From Squalus acanthias (taxonomy: Eukaryota): a stretch of DNA of 64,000 nt. Below, piece after piece: positions 13,828 through 27,020 of the stretch (its first letter is position 1; each line of letters begins with the position of its first letter). The DNA lies in NCBI GenBank assembly GCA_030390025.1, contig CM059425.1, positions 172,548,001-172,612,000 of the forward strand, in the 5' to 3' direction. Below the pieces are notes generated by a model, which was given only the letters and a program-made list of their open reading frames with translations, was not told where the DNA came from and ran no database searches. The position numbers were made by a program, and so were the translations under genes.

Positions 13828-14034
13828 CTCCATTCCATGTCCAAATCTTCACTTATGCTCGAATCATCTTCAAAGTTGTTGTTACCATCCAGAATTAGAA
13901 GCCCTGAATGCGCAAGTTGACCTAGCCCTTCAGTCTCATCAGTACTGCTGCTGCTGCTGCTACTGCTGCTGCTGTCACTTTCTTCATTGAATGCTACCCA
14001 GGGGATCTCGCCTTCTTCCAAAGAGGCTTGTTCT
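13828..14034 (-). CDS. PJA2: PJA2 coding exon
   Basis: Encodes EQASLEEGEIPW...LDGNNNFEDDSSISEDLDMEW. Acceptor tttctgcag|, donor AG|gtttgt, 207 nt, phase 2-2. Confidence 0.95.
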
Positions 14035-14214
14035 CTGCAGAAATAAAAAAAATGGTTACTGTACACAGTCATCTGCTTGCATTAAGAAAAAGAAAGCTAG
14101 GAGAAAATCTTCATTCCAAAATACAAAAAAAAGCTGTCTTCTGCATCATACTTTGTTTTAACAACAAATTTCATTAGATGTGTTACTCATAATTTTCCAA
14201 AGCTCTCTACATTC

Positions 14215-14650
14215 AGGAATTATGCCTTTGGATTGGAAAATTGCAAATGTTAGTCCATTATTTAAGAAGGGAGGGAGGAATGTGACGAGTAGAGTTCGCT
14301 AGAGATCTGTACTGGGGCCTCAGCTTTTCACCATACATATGAGACTTGGATGAAGGATCCGAAGTTTGGAGGCACATTTTTGTGCAGATGGGAGCAGGTA
14401 GTTAAAAAAGGGATAAAGACAGAATAAGTGAGTGGGCAAAACTGTGGCAGATGCAGTTCATGTGGGGAACTGAGACCTCTCCACTTTGGATCCAAGAAAG
14501 ACAAATTGGAATATTCCCTTAACGACGAGAGACTAGGAACTATGAAGGAGCAATGGGATTTTGGTGTCCAAGTACACAAATCACTAAAAGCTAGCGCACA
14601 GGTACAAAAAGTAATCAAAGGTCAATGGAATGTTAGCCTTTATCTCAAGA
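14215..14650 (+). mobile_element. Old CR1 fragment
   Basis: Degenerate RT-region similarity to the other CR1 copies in the window. Confidence 0.7.
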
Positions 14651-15289
14651 TCTTTGATTTTAATTCAGTTTAGGTCAACATTTTCTAATATCATGTAGTT
14701 GTGTATTGGATGGATACAGCATATTCTTGTATAGGCCTCAGACCATTGATGGAGGCCTGTGAACAAGTCTCGTCAGACCAGCTACCCAGAATGCAGCCTC
14801 TTAAAATAAGTTCTAAAATTTACAACTACTGTTTAAAAATAAAATATTCCTAAATCAGGGGGAAGGACCCAGTGTGGTGGCCCCACTTTATTTTTCCCTC
14901 CTGCCCACCTTCAATCTTACTCAATTGGATGTGAAAAATACGAAGAATTCCTCTGCAAAACTATTAAAAAGGTCAGCTTCAACCATCCTAAATTGCATTT
15001 TAAACCAGATTCTCTCCAGCAATTTTACTGTTAAATTAATAGTACTCCACTTACACTATATTTTGGCATGAAGTTGGCAGTATAAACTCCGTCAAAGTAT
15101 ACACTTCGATTTCACATCACACTATTTTCCTATCCTCCCTCACTCCCAGTAAAAAAGTCCGACAACCACAAACCACAATGGATCTCAAAACAGCTATGCA
15201 CAGCAGCAAGTACATTCTTTAGCGACACAAAAGTTAACGTTCTAATTTAGGTTCTATCAATAACAAGCCATTTGCTAATGCATTATACA

Positions 15290-15910
15290 AGAAGGCTAGT
15301 AGTATAATACAAAAAGCAAACAAAGCTCGGGGGTGCATTTCTAGAGGGATAGAATTGAAAAGCAGAGAAGTTGTTAAACCTTGTAGAGAACCTTGGTTGG
15401 ACCACATTTGGAGTACTGTGAACAGTTCTGGTCTCCCTATTATAGAAAGGAGAGTGTCACTGGAGAAGGTGCAAAAAAGATAAGGATCATACCAGAACAG
15501 AGAGGTTATACTTAACAGGAAACACTGAACAGGCTTGAGCGCTTTTCTCCAGAAAATAGAAGGTTGAGGGGTGACCTGATAGAGGTCTTTAAGATTATGA
15601 AAGGATTTGAAAGAGTAGACAGAGACTTGTGGAGAGTCCAAAACTAGGGGCCATAAATACAAGATAGATGCCAATAGATCCAAGGTTCTAGGAATTCAGA
15701 AGGAACTTCTTTACCTAGAGAGAGTGGTTAGAATGTAGAACTCACTAGCACAAGGAGTAATTGAGGCGAATAGCATAGATGCATGTAAGAGAATGGTAGA
15801 TAAACACACGAGGGAAAAAGGTTAACCTGACCGAGTCCGATGAGGAGGCATAAACGCCAGCATAGACCAGTTAGGCGAAATATCCTGTTTCTGTGCTGTA
15901 AATGCTATGA
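15290..15910 (+). mobile_element. Old CR1 3' fragment
   Basis: Degenerate ORF2 C-terminus and 3' UTR. Confidence 0.8.
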
Positions 15911-16064
15911 AATAAATGTATTTTATTATGTGGACAAACCAATTAAAATGTGCCATAGAAATAGGCGGATTGTTTGAGAAATAATGTGCACTTCCAATTT
16001 ATTTAATAAAGTGACAAATGGTCACTATATGTACTATACACAGTAACAGATCTATATTCTAGTA

Positions 16065-16564
16065 CAGGGGTGTCAAACTCAATTTACATGGTGGGCCTGA
16101 TCAGACATCCTAGCACTTGGCATGGGCTACATTCAGCAAAAGTCATTTAGACACATTTCGCCCTTATTTTGGGCGTAAAACAGGCGCAATGTATACCAAT
16201 TTCTGGGCGCAAGGTCCTGCACCCAAGCCCCATTTTCCCCGACTCCCACCATCCCCCTTCCTAATCTATCCTTTTCTCCCCCTCGAGTCCCAATCATCAT
16301 CTCTCATTTCCCTCTACCAGTTGGTCCAGTTTCTGGTCACTCCACACGTGCCGGCTCTCGGTGCCTGTTTAGGGGGTGGAGGTGAGGGGGAGAGAGGGTG
16401 AGGTCACAGAGCAAAGTTTAAAAAGGTGCATTTCTTCCGGGTTGTTCGAAGCAGCACCTGGGAGATTCATATCCCATTTCAGGACACACAACAAACAAAC
16501 ACGGGCCGGTTGAAACTGCTTCACAGACTCCATTTGGCCATGGTTCGTATGTTTGACACCCCTG
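16065..16564. mobile_element. hAT MITE, 500 bp
   Basis: TIRs caggggtgtcaaac / gtttgacacccctg and a perfect 8-bp TSD ttctagta. Confidence 0.92.
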
Positions 16565-16619
16565 TTCTAGTACATCAGAGACTTAAAATTAAATCCAATG
16601 ACTGAAGCTAGTCGCATAC

Positions 16620-16799
16620 CCTACAGTGAAGCAATGTTTAAAAGCTTCTTCATCCAGGCTGCTACTAATGCTGTTTGGTTCAGTTTGTTGTTCATCAACT
16701 CCTGATAAGGTTTCCCAGCTCTCATCACTAGAGTGCATTTGTTCTAAAACGAAATCAGAGGTCCATATTGCTGACCACTCCTCATCACTGCTTAGAGAG
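16620..16799 (-). CDS. PJA2: PJA2 coding exon
   Basis: Encodes SSLSSDEEWSA...HSSDESWETL (PJA2 SSDESWETL motif). Acceptor aaatag|, donor GG|gtatgc, 180 nt, phase 2-2. Confidence 0.93.
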
Positions 16800-17192
16800 C
16801 TATTTTTGAGGGGGGAGATAGAGGGGAAAATTAGTGCATTAAAAGTACATGCCATCTAAATATTGCTCATTTTTAATCTGGCTAACCATTACAAAAACTC
16901 AGTTTGCTTTCGTAAGTTTAATGGAGACCAGTTAACCCAAAATACCTAGTATGTCAAGCTGACAAAGGACATTATAATAAACTGTTGCTTTATGAAGAAT
17001 TTGAAGGACAATATTATAAACTTTAGCTTTGTTACCAATTTGAAGATATGGTAGCTTTGTTAACAATTTGAAGATATGGGAAATGAGATTCTGTACTAGT
17101 TGGCATATTTGCAATCATTCATTAAATTTAACAGTAATAATAAATTAGATTTCATATCCTTCAGTGAGGTAGTAAACAAAACATTTTGTTAC

Positions 17193-18255
17193 CTCTCTTC
17201 ACCTTTGTTACAATCATTTTCAAAGTCATCCCAGAAGCTATTTTCTGTTGTGGTATCTTCAGGCTTTTCTTGTAGTTGGATGGTAGCCGGTTCCTTCTGA
17301 ACACCAGCAGTTTCCTTGCCATTCGGTCCAGACCCAATCTTTGAATCTCTATGGATTTTACCCCTGCAGTTCCACAAGGCACAATTTGATCCACAACACT
17401 CAACATTAGCCTTGATTTCCCTCGTACAATAGCTATAAAGCTCATCAGGAGAGTGCAGATCTCTTTTAGAATGGGTTTCAACTCTTTCTTTTCTAACTTT
17501 TGGTCTTACTACCATTTCTGAGGAACTTGGTTGCTCTGTCATACAACAGAAAAGGTTTCCTTCAGCTTGAACACTCAGTGAGGCTTTATCAAGATTTCTT
17601 TCTCTTTTTTCTTTTATGTCCTCCATCCTGACATAGCCATTAATTTCTTCCACATTTCCTACTTCTGGCAAAATTTTCCTATGCTCTTTCAATTCAGTTT
17701 GATGTCCTTTAACACCAACGTCTGTATTAGACAAATTGTCCAATGCAATAGAGCATGGCGGTTCGATCTGTTGGTTGCTACCATCATGGATTACAGCAGA
17801 GAGATATGACTGTAGCCCATTAAGATAGTCAACACCTTTCTCTAACTCTGAAAGCATGGTGTCCAGCCTTTTCTGAAGTTTTCCTTCTTTTTGCAAGGAT
17901 GAGTGAATAGATGAGTCTTCATCCTCTCCTTCGCTGCTTTCTGGTTCATAAGAATCAATATTTACAAAACCAATGCCAGTCTGACTTCTGGAATCAGTCT
18001 CAAAAAAATCACTAGGAATTGACCACTTGGATGACTCTGTACTTTGGCTACCTGAATAACTGCCTAATGGCTCTGTAGCACTGGGTAAAGCAAAGTCATT
18101 GGACTCGCATTGAAAAAGTCTTCGGTTCAGAGGTGACGGCAAAAATCTATTCTCTTTTTGAGGTTCACAACCTGTGTCTCTCTTAGTTTCCATAGTTAGG
18201 TCATACCCAGTGCATTGCGGCAGTAGCTCATTTGTTGTTAAGATTCTACTGGGAG
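17193..18255 (-). CDS. PJA2: PJA2 large coding exon
   Basis: Lies in ORF 17189-18304 and contains the praja-2 motifs DSYEP, EMVVRPKVRK and NSFW. Acceptor ctcttcatag|, donor AG|gtaaca, 1063 nt, phase 1-2, in frame with both neighbouring exons. Confidence 0.93.
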
Positions 18256-18699
18256 CTATGAAGAGAGAAAAAATATAAATCTCAAGTAACTTGAAATTCA
18301 GCACTGTAACAAACTACAATCACCTGTATATTCAAATGCAGCTTGATGTGTCTAAATCAATGCAAGCTCAACTAAACAGCTCAACTCCCATTTTAGTTAG
18401 TTTAAAGGACTAATTGCTTAGATTGCATTGAATGCAAACAGATGCAGTGTAAACATTAAACATATATGGCTCAAAAACCTTTGAACCAGGATGTACTCAC
18501 CCCTGACCTGGCACTGACCCCAAGGTTCAGAGAGTCATGGGGAGGTCACCTGATTTAATGAAAGTGGGTAGGTGCCCACGCCATTAGGGGCACACCTTGG
18601 GTGTCTACCTGCACAAGGAGGCTGAAAAATGCTGTGATGGGGGCCAAAATGTACCTGCAAAATTTATTTTTTCATCAAGGGTCAAAGCCATGATCTAGG

Positions 18700-20355
18700 C
18701 CTTAGCTAACTTGGATGATGAGATTAGTAATGAGAAGCGCATTTAAAATAAAAAAAGGGATATATTAAATTAATCAAACTCAAAAGAGGATTAAACCCCT
18801 GGTCTGGTTGGTTTGCATCCATGCATTTTAAAAGAATCTAGGGAAGAGATAGCAGAGGCATTACTACACATATTTAATAATTAGTTAGAAAAAGGTATAG
18901 AGCTAGAGGACTGGCAGATAGCTAATGGAATACCGATATTTAAGAAGGGGGATAGGAACATGTCCAGGGAATTATAGACCAGTCAGCTTAACATCGGTGG
19001 TAGGAAAAATAATGGAATCCCTACTAAAGGAGAAAATAGAAGAACATCCAGAAACCAAAAATATAAATGAACAGTCAACATGGATTTCAAAAGGGAAAGT
19101 TTTGCTTGACCAACCTTACTGAATTTTTTGAAGAGGTAACAGAGAGATTAGACAATGATAATACAGTAGATGTAATTTATCTGGATTTCCAAAAGGCCTT
19201 CGATAAGGTACCCCATAATAAACTGATGAACAAGGTCAGAGAATGTGGAGTCAGGGGACAAGTAGCAGAATGGAATGCTGGCTGGCTTCAGGACAGAAAG
19301 CAGAGAGTAGGAGTAAAGGGCAGCTATTCACAGTGGCAGAAGGTGGGTAGTGGTGTTCCACAAGGATCAGTGCTGTTCAATTTATATCAACGATTTAGCC
19401 TTAGGAATCAAAAACACAATTTCTAAATTTGCAGATGACACCAAATTTGGGGTGGGGGGGAGTATTCAATACTGAGGAGGACTGCAAAAAGTTACAGGAG
19501 GACATTAATAAACTTGCAGAATGGGCACATAATTGGCAAATGAAGTTCAACACAGATAAATGTGAGGTATTACATTTTGGTCGGAAGAATAGGGAGGTCA
19601 CTTATTACTTGGAGGGTGGTGTGAGTCTAGGGGGGGTAGAGGAACAAAGGGATCTAGGAGTACAAATACACAAATCACTAAAAGTTGCGACACAGGTTAG
19701 CAAGGCCATTAAAAATGCAAACAAGCACTAAGGTTTATTTCTAGAGGGATAGAATTGAAAAGTAGGGAAGTTATGCTAAACCTGTATCGAACATTGGTTA
19801 GACCATACTTAAGAGTACTGCATACAGTTCTGGTCACCATATTATAAAAAGGATATAGAGGCACTGGAGAGGGTGCAGAGAAGATTTACAAGGATGATAC
19901 CAGAAATGCGAGGGCATACATATCAGGAAAGGATGAACAGGCTGGGTGTCTCTTTTCTCTTGGAAAAAGGCTGAGGGGTGACCTAATAGAGGTCTTTAAA
20001 ATTATGAAAAATTTTGATAAAGTGGACACAGAGAATGTTTCCACTTGTGGGGAAGAGCATAACTAGAGGCCATCAATATAAGATCATCACCAAGAAATCC
20101 AATAGGGAATTCAGAAGAAACTTCTTTACCCAAAGAGTGGTGAGAATGTGGAACTCGCTACCACAGGGAGTGGTTGAAGCGAATAGTATAGATGCATTTA
20201 AGGGGAGGCTAGACAAGCATATGAGGGAAAAGGGAATAGAGGGTTATGCCGATAAATTTAGATGAGGAAAGACGGGAGGAGGCTCGTGTGGAGTATAAAC
20301 GCCGGCATGGACTGGTTGGGCCGAATGGCCTGTTTCTGTGTCATATATCCTATGT
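18700..20355 (+). mobile_element. CR1 LINE (truncated)
   Basis: [24 protein letters not shown] and RNFFTQRVV motifs over broken frames, followed by a 3' UTR. Confidence 0.92.
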
Positions 20356-21636
20356 AACAGGTGGGCCCCACCTTTTGTGGTTTGGCAGACCAATCAGTAT
20401 GCCGGCTTCCATGGTGTACCAACCAGCCGATGTTCCACCAGGCTGGGGCCCATGGGAATTCCCGGCCTGTGAGTCTCCATCCCTGGCCATGCCCACTTCT
20501 AAACCATTGGCCTTGTTTGGGGCGAGTGGAAGATACAAAGGATCGTGCTGAGAACATGAGTTATAATTGGGAATCGCTTGGAAACAGTGACCACAATATG
20601 GTTAGGTTTAAAATCAGCCATACAATGGAAGCTGGGAGAAGTACAAAAACAAAATCAGACTACAAAGAAACCATAAACTAGGAAAGAGTGGCAATGAAGG
20701 AAACTAATGTTGGCAACAATGGAAGCAACGCAGAAAATAAAAGGAATAAAAAAACTTGGTCATGTATAAATCGATGAGTAGAGCAAAAGGCATGGATGAA
20801 TATTAAGCAAAGGAAGTTATAATATTGTTCTGCATAGCTAAAATACAAATGAGATTATACATCAAACTCAAAACACTTGTGAATACATTCAGAGCAAACA
20901 AGACGGTCAAGGAAACAGGAGTATCCCAAGGGTGAAACAGTATCAAGTGACCAAAGGATATCAGATATCCTAAAATGACTTATTCGTATCCATGGACTAG
21001 ACAATAGAGGTATTGCCAAAAATGTTAAAAATTCAAATTTCAAATCAAATGGCAGACAGGCTGAGAACACTAAAGAGAGTTCAAGACACCTAGCCCAGAT
21101 GGGCTACAGACTAGCTTACTTATGGAAAGGTGTAATGAAAGCTTTAGGAGTTACAAAGAAAATAGCACTTGGAGTGGTTCCCGAGGAATGAAGAAGGGGA
21201 TGGAATCTTAATTTATAAACAGCAGTATAAAGAGGATATTGAAACTACTGGCTGCAAGGGATCAACCTGAAATTAGTTTTGGTAGTTTCAATCTAGTTCC
21301 GAGTAGGCATGGGCCTACAGTATATAAAATTGTATTTCAGGCAAAATATTGCAAATGCAGGAAATCTGAAATATAAACAGAAAATGCTGGAAATACACAG
21401 GTCAGGCAGCATTGCTGCCTCACATGCTGAGTATTACCAGCACTTTCTTTTATATGTCTGTATTTCAACATCATGCAAGGAGGTCAAAGGATGGCTGTGG
21501 GAAATGACACTCGTGCAGTGGGATGTGCTCTTCTGAAGTTGGGGCTGCAGCACATTGTTGGGGCAGAGTAGAGGGAGATTTACTCTGCATCTGGCTATGC
21601 TATAGCTGACCTGGGAGTGCTTGATCCAGACACTAG

Positions 21637-22525
21637 GGAGTAAAAATTCAGTTGGTTGCGCCTCCCGTTAGCGCCTTAAGAGGGCGCTAATGGGGCGCAA
21701 AGCCGCTAACGCCCGGGCGCAGCGATGTTTGCGCCGCTCGGGAACTTAACTAGACATTGTGCGGCGGCGCTAAAACTTACCGCTGCGACCACCTGCGCGC
21801 GCAGATTGTGACGTCATTCCATGGTGGAACGCCCTTGTGGCGCCCCGGAGCGGAAATTGAGTGGCGCCCCCTGCCTTACCGCCTGGCGCTTCCAACGACC
21901 AGAACGCTATCAATCGCTGTGGGGCTGGGGGGGGGGCGCTATTTAAAGGGGGCCTCTTCCTGTCTTTTATTGTTGGTGGCATTTTTGAACTACGCATTCT
22001 GAGAGAGGGAGAGGGAGAGACTTCTGGAGAGATTCAACGTTGTCTGAAGGAGTTTTGGGTACTGAGCAGCACTTTGCAGGTTCATTTTGATTTGCCATTC
22101 CTTGTATCGATTTAGCAGAGACTGTGGGAGCTGCACTCTGAGCTCTTTGCCTGGTACTCTCCATTGTTCTTTCCAGCACATTTGATGTGCAAGTCTCTCC
22201 AGGCCGAGATTCAAGGCTGCAATGAACAGGATGTGGATGGAAAGCAAGATTAACCATCCCCTTTAAGAACTGGCCCGTGCCATTGTGTGTGTGTTCCATT
22301 GCTGACTGACATTACATGAGCTTCGCCAGCGCTCTGAGTTAGCGCCTCACTCCTTGGCCTTTGCACCTTAAGAGAGGTGTGCAGCGCCTGCTTTAGCGCT
22401 CCACTCACCTCCCGGGGCGGTAAAAGTGAAGTTTCCAGTCAGTGCCGATAATTAGCGCCAGGCGCTAATATTTGCGTCCAGACGATATTTGCGCCCCAAA
22501 TGGGGCGCGACCTAATTTCTACCCC
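21637..22525. mobile_element. Non-autonomous PIF/Harbinger-type element
   Basis: TIRs ggagtaaaaatt / aatttctacccc, 3-bp TSD tag, GC-rich subterminal gcgc/agcgcc repeats. Confidence 0.8.
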
Positions 22526-23482
22526 TAGGTACTTGAAATGTTAAGAATTCCATTTCCCAGCACGAACATCCCTCACCTCGATCGGGACAAAAAATAAGGT
22601 AACTACAAGAACGAGAAGCTGATGAGCCAGACAGCAGTAATACATGAAATATTAGAAAGTGGAGAATAATACAGCTAAAGAAAAAAGTGAGTAAGGCATC
22701 AGTATGGATTTGAAAGAGGAAGGTAAGGTTTGACCAGTTTATTTGAATTTTTTTTTTTTGCAGTGAACAAGGGGGAACTCAGTGGATGGTATATATTTAG
22801 ATTTCAGAAAAGCTTTTGGCAGTGTCACATGGGAGACTGATCAGCAAGATAGGAAGGCATGGAAAGGGCAAATCACTGAAGTAAACTGTTTGGATCATAG
22901 GAAACAAAGGTTAGCTGTTTTTGGAGCTGCATTAGTATGGAGGTGACTAGCTGGCATCAGTCCTTGAGCCATTATTGTTTATACAAAGGATTTGAAAGTG
23001 GGAGAACAAAAACCATGTTAAGTTTTGTTAATTATACAAAATTTGGGAGGGGGTCAAATTAACATGGGGGCAAGGTGGTCAAATATAGAGGGATTTTGAT
23101 ATATTATGAATATGGGGTCACAAGTGGCAGATATCACTGAACCTGCATAAATGCAAAGTAATTAGAGGAACAAAAGGAAATAAGCAAGGGAAATTTAAGC
23201 TAAATGGAGTTTGTTTGTTTAAAGGTCACCCACACACAAGAGGAATCTGAGGGTTCTCACGGACAGCTCACCAAAACCACCAGCAATAAAGAAGGCAAAC
23301 AAAATATTGGGGTGAACAGCCAAGGGGTTAGATTATAAGTCTCAATAATAATGAACTTGGGCAAAAAAAAAATCTGGAATACTGTGCATAATTCTATCAC
23401 CATCCTCCAAAGAGGACATCCTGGCGAGGTTATAGCTGGTGAAATTAAATTGATGATACCTTCAGTTAGGCACCCGAGTGAC

Positions 23483-24958
23483 AGAGTCAGAGAGTCATAC
23501 AGCACAGAAAGAGGCCCTTCGGCCCATCGCGTCCGCACCGGCCATCAAGCCCTGTCTATTCTAATCCCATTTTCCAGCACTTGGTCCGTAGCCTTGTATG
23601 CTATGGCGTTTCAAGTGCTCATCTAAATGCTTCTTGAATGTTGAGGGTTCCTGCCTCTACCACCCTTTCAGGCAGTGAGTTCCAGATTCCAACCACACTC
23701 TGGGTGAAAAAGTTTTTCCTCAAATCCCCTCTAAACCTCCTGCCCCTTACCTTGAAACTATGCCCCCTGGTTATTGACCCCTCTACTAAGGGGAAAAGTT
23801 CCTTTCTATCTACCCTATCTATGCCCCTCATAATTTTGTACACCTCAATCAGGTCCCCCCTCAGCCTTCTCTGCTCTAAGGAAAACAACCCCAGCCTGTC
23901 CAGTCTCTCTTCATAGCTGAAGCGCTCCAGCCCAGGTAACATCCTGGTGAATCGCCTCTGCACCGTCTCCAATGCAATCACATCCTTCCTATAGTGTGGC
24001 AAACAGAACTGCACACAGCATTCCAGCTGTGGCCTAACTAGCGTTTTGTACAGCTCCATCATAACCTCCCTGCTCTTATATTCTATGCCTCGGCTAATGA
24101 AGGCAAGTATCCCATATGCCTTTTTAACCACCTTATCTACCTGTCCTGCTGCCTTCAGGGATCTATGTACATGCACACCAAGGTCCCTCTGATCCTCTGT
24201 CCTTCCTAGGGTCCTACCATTCATTGTCTATTCCCTTGCCTTGTTAGTCCTCCCAAAATGCATCACCTCACACTTTTCAGGGTTAAATTCCATTTGCCAC
24301 TGTTCTGCCTATCTGACCAATCCGTCTATATCGTCCTGTAGCCTGAGGCTTCCCTCCTCGCTATTTACCACCCCACCAATTTTCGTGTCATCTGCAAATT
24401 TACTGATCATACCTCCTACATTCATATCAAAATCATTAATGTACACTACAAACAGCAAAGGGCCCAGCACCGATCCCTGCGGTACACCACTGGACACAGG
24501 CTTCCAGTCACAAAAACAACCTTCAACCATCACCCTCTGCCTCCTGCCACGAAGCCAATTTTGGATCCAATGTGCCAAGCTGCCCTGGATCCCATGGGCT
24601 CTTACCTTCTTGACTAGTCTCCCATGCGGGACTTTGTCAAAAGCCTTACTGAAGTCCAGGTAGACCACATCAACTGCACTACCCTCATCCACACACCTAG
24701 TTACCCCCTCGAAAAATTCAATGAAATTGGTAAGACATGATCTCCCCCTGACAAAGCCATGCTGACTATCCTTGATTAATCCTTGCCTCTCCAAGTGGAG
24801 ACTAATTCTGTCCCTCAGAATTTTTTCCAATAATTTCACTGGCCTGTAATTCCCTGGTTTATTCCTACTACCCTTCTTGAATAATGGTACTACGTTAGCT
24901 GTTCTCCAGTCCTCTGGCACCTCCCCTGTGGCCAGAGAGGTTCTGAAAATTTGTATCA
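23483..24958 (-). mobile_element. Young CR1 LINE (same family as 1-527)
   Basis: ORFs 23619-24224 and 24309-25070 contain CR1 RT and C-terminal motifs. Confidence 0.94.
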
Positions 24959-25079
24959 GACATATGGAAACAACAGAAACTAGAATTATTACATTGAAAA
25001 AAAGGTGGCTCATTGAGAATTTAAGACTCCAAGGGATAGAGAAATTTAATCTGCTATATTTGACAATCATAAAAAGATT

Positions 25080-25410
25080 ACAGTAGCATAGTGGTTATGG
25101 TACTGGATTAGCAACCCAGAGGTCATCAATACAAATTGCTAGTTGTAAAATGGAATTCAGTAAATCTGGTAATTTGTGGGCTACCAGCAGTGGGAAAAAA
25201 AAGATAAACCAGTTGAGTTTATATGGCAACTTTCACTAATGTCCTTAGGGAAGGGAACTTGTTATCCCTACCCAGTACAAGCTCCAGTCTCAATGGTTGA
25301 CCATTAATGCCCTCTGAACTGGCCTAAAATAATCACTACTTAAGATGGCCCACCACCATCTCAAAGCAGCTAGGGATGGGCATTCAATGTGGCCTTGACA
25401 ATATCTGGAG
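25080..25410 (+). mobile_element. tRNA-derived SINE-like repeat
   Basis: A-box-like head gtagcatagtggtta and a LINE-like tail; related inverted copy at 26640-27020. Confidence 0.5.
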
Positions 25411-25429
25411 AAAAAAAAATCTTTACAAG

Positions 25430-26390
25430 GGAGCATGGACTAATATTTCCAAGTTTGCTGACAACACAAAACTAGGTGGGATTGTGAGTAGGATGCAAAG
25501 AGGCTTCAAGGCGATTTAGACAAGTTGAGTGAGTGGGCAAATACATGGCAGATGCAGTATAACGTGGATAAATGTGAAGTTATCCACTTCGGTAAGAAAA
25601 ACAGAAAGGTAGAGTATTATTTAAATTGTGATAGATTGGGAAATGTTGATGTACAAAGGGACCTGGGTGTCCTTGTACACCAGTCACTGAAAACAAACAT
25701 GCAGGTGCAGCAAGCAGTTAGAAAGGCAAATGGTATGTTGGCCTTCCTTGCAAGAGGATTTGAGTACAGGAGCAAGGATGTCTTACTACAGTTATACAGG
25801 GCCTTGGTGAGACCACACCTGGAGTACTGTGTGCAGTTTTGGTCTCCTTACCTAAGAAAGGATATACTTGCCATAGAGGGAGTGCAGCGAAGGTTCACCA
25901 GACTGATTCCTGGGATGGCAGGACTGTTGTATGAGGAGAGATTGGGTCAACTAGGCCTGTATTCACTAGAGTTTAGAAGAATGAGGGGATCTCATTGAAA
26001 CATATAAAATTCTGACAGGGCTAGACAGACTGGATGCAGGGAGGATGTTTCCCCTGGCTGGGGGGGTCTAGAACGAGGGGGGTCACAATCTCAGGATATG
26101 GGGTAGGACATTTAGGACTGAGATGAGGTGAAATTTCTTCACTCAGGAGGGTGGTGAACCTGTGGAATTCTCTCCCACAGACAGCTGTGGAGGCCAAGTC
26201 ACTGAATATATTTAAGGAGATAGATAGATAGATTTCTAGACACAAAAGGCATCAAGGGGTATGGGGAGAGAGCAATAATATGGTATTGAGATAGAGGGTC
26301 AGCCATGATCATATTGAATGGCGGAGCAGGCTCTAAGGGTCGAATGGCCTACTCCTGCTCCTATTTTTCTATATTTCTATGTTTCTATGA
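25430..26390 (+). mobile_element. CR1 LINE 3' part
   Basis: ORF 25525-25998 (WQMQYNVDKC...YCVQFWSP) and a ttctatg-type tail. Confidence 0.92.
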
Positions 26391-26639
26391 CTCAAACTCA
26401 GGAGGGAAGGTGAACAGAGTTTTGACTTCATTATCTTGCACAGAGTAGTTAATATATGGTACAATTTTGCAAGGTGGCAAAGGAGCTGTAATTCAAAGGT
26501 GGAACTGGATAGATTTTGAAATACAGAAAAACATGACTAACAGGTATGAGGGAAATTAGTCAATATTTTCTAAACTTTGAGACCAGCTAGATGGTCTCTC
26601 CACAATAATCTATTCCAGTCTGTATAATCACATTTTTCT

Positions 26640-27020
26640 TTTATTCAGTCATGGGATATGGGCATCGCTGGGAAAGCCAGCATTTATTGCCCATCCCTAA
26701 TTGCCTTCTAGAAGGTGGCAGTGAGCCACCTTCTTGATAACCGAGTGGCTTGCTGGGCCATCAGAGTCAACCACATTGCTGTGGGTCTGGAGTCACATAG
26801 GCCAGACCAGGTAGGGACAGCAGATTTCCTTCCCTGAAAGACATTAGTGAACCAGATGGATTTTTACAACAATCTTGTAATTACATGGTCACCATTACTG
26901 GTGCTAGCTTTTTTTATTCCAGATTTATTTCATTTAAATTCCCCAGCTGCCGAGGTAGGATTTGAACTACCATCTCTGGATGATTACTAATCCCGTAACA
27001 TAACCACTATGGTACCGTTC
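26640..27020 (-). mobile_element. tRNA-derived SINE-like repeat with LINE tail
   Basis: Minus-strand head atagtggttatg...gttcaaatcc and a 3' end shared with the 7262-7590 LINE family. Confidence 0.55.
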
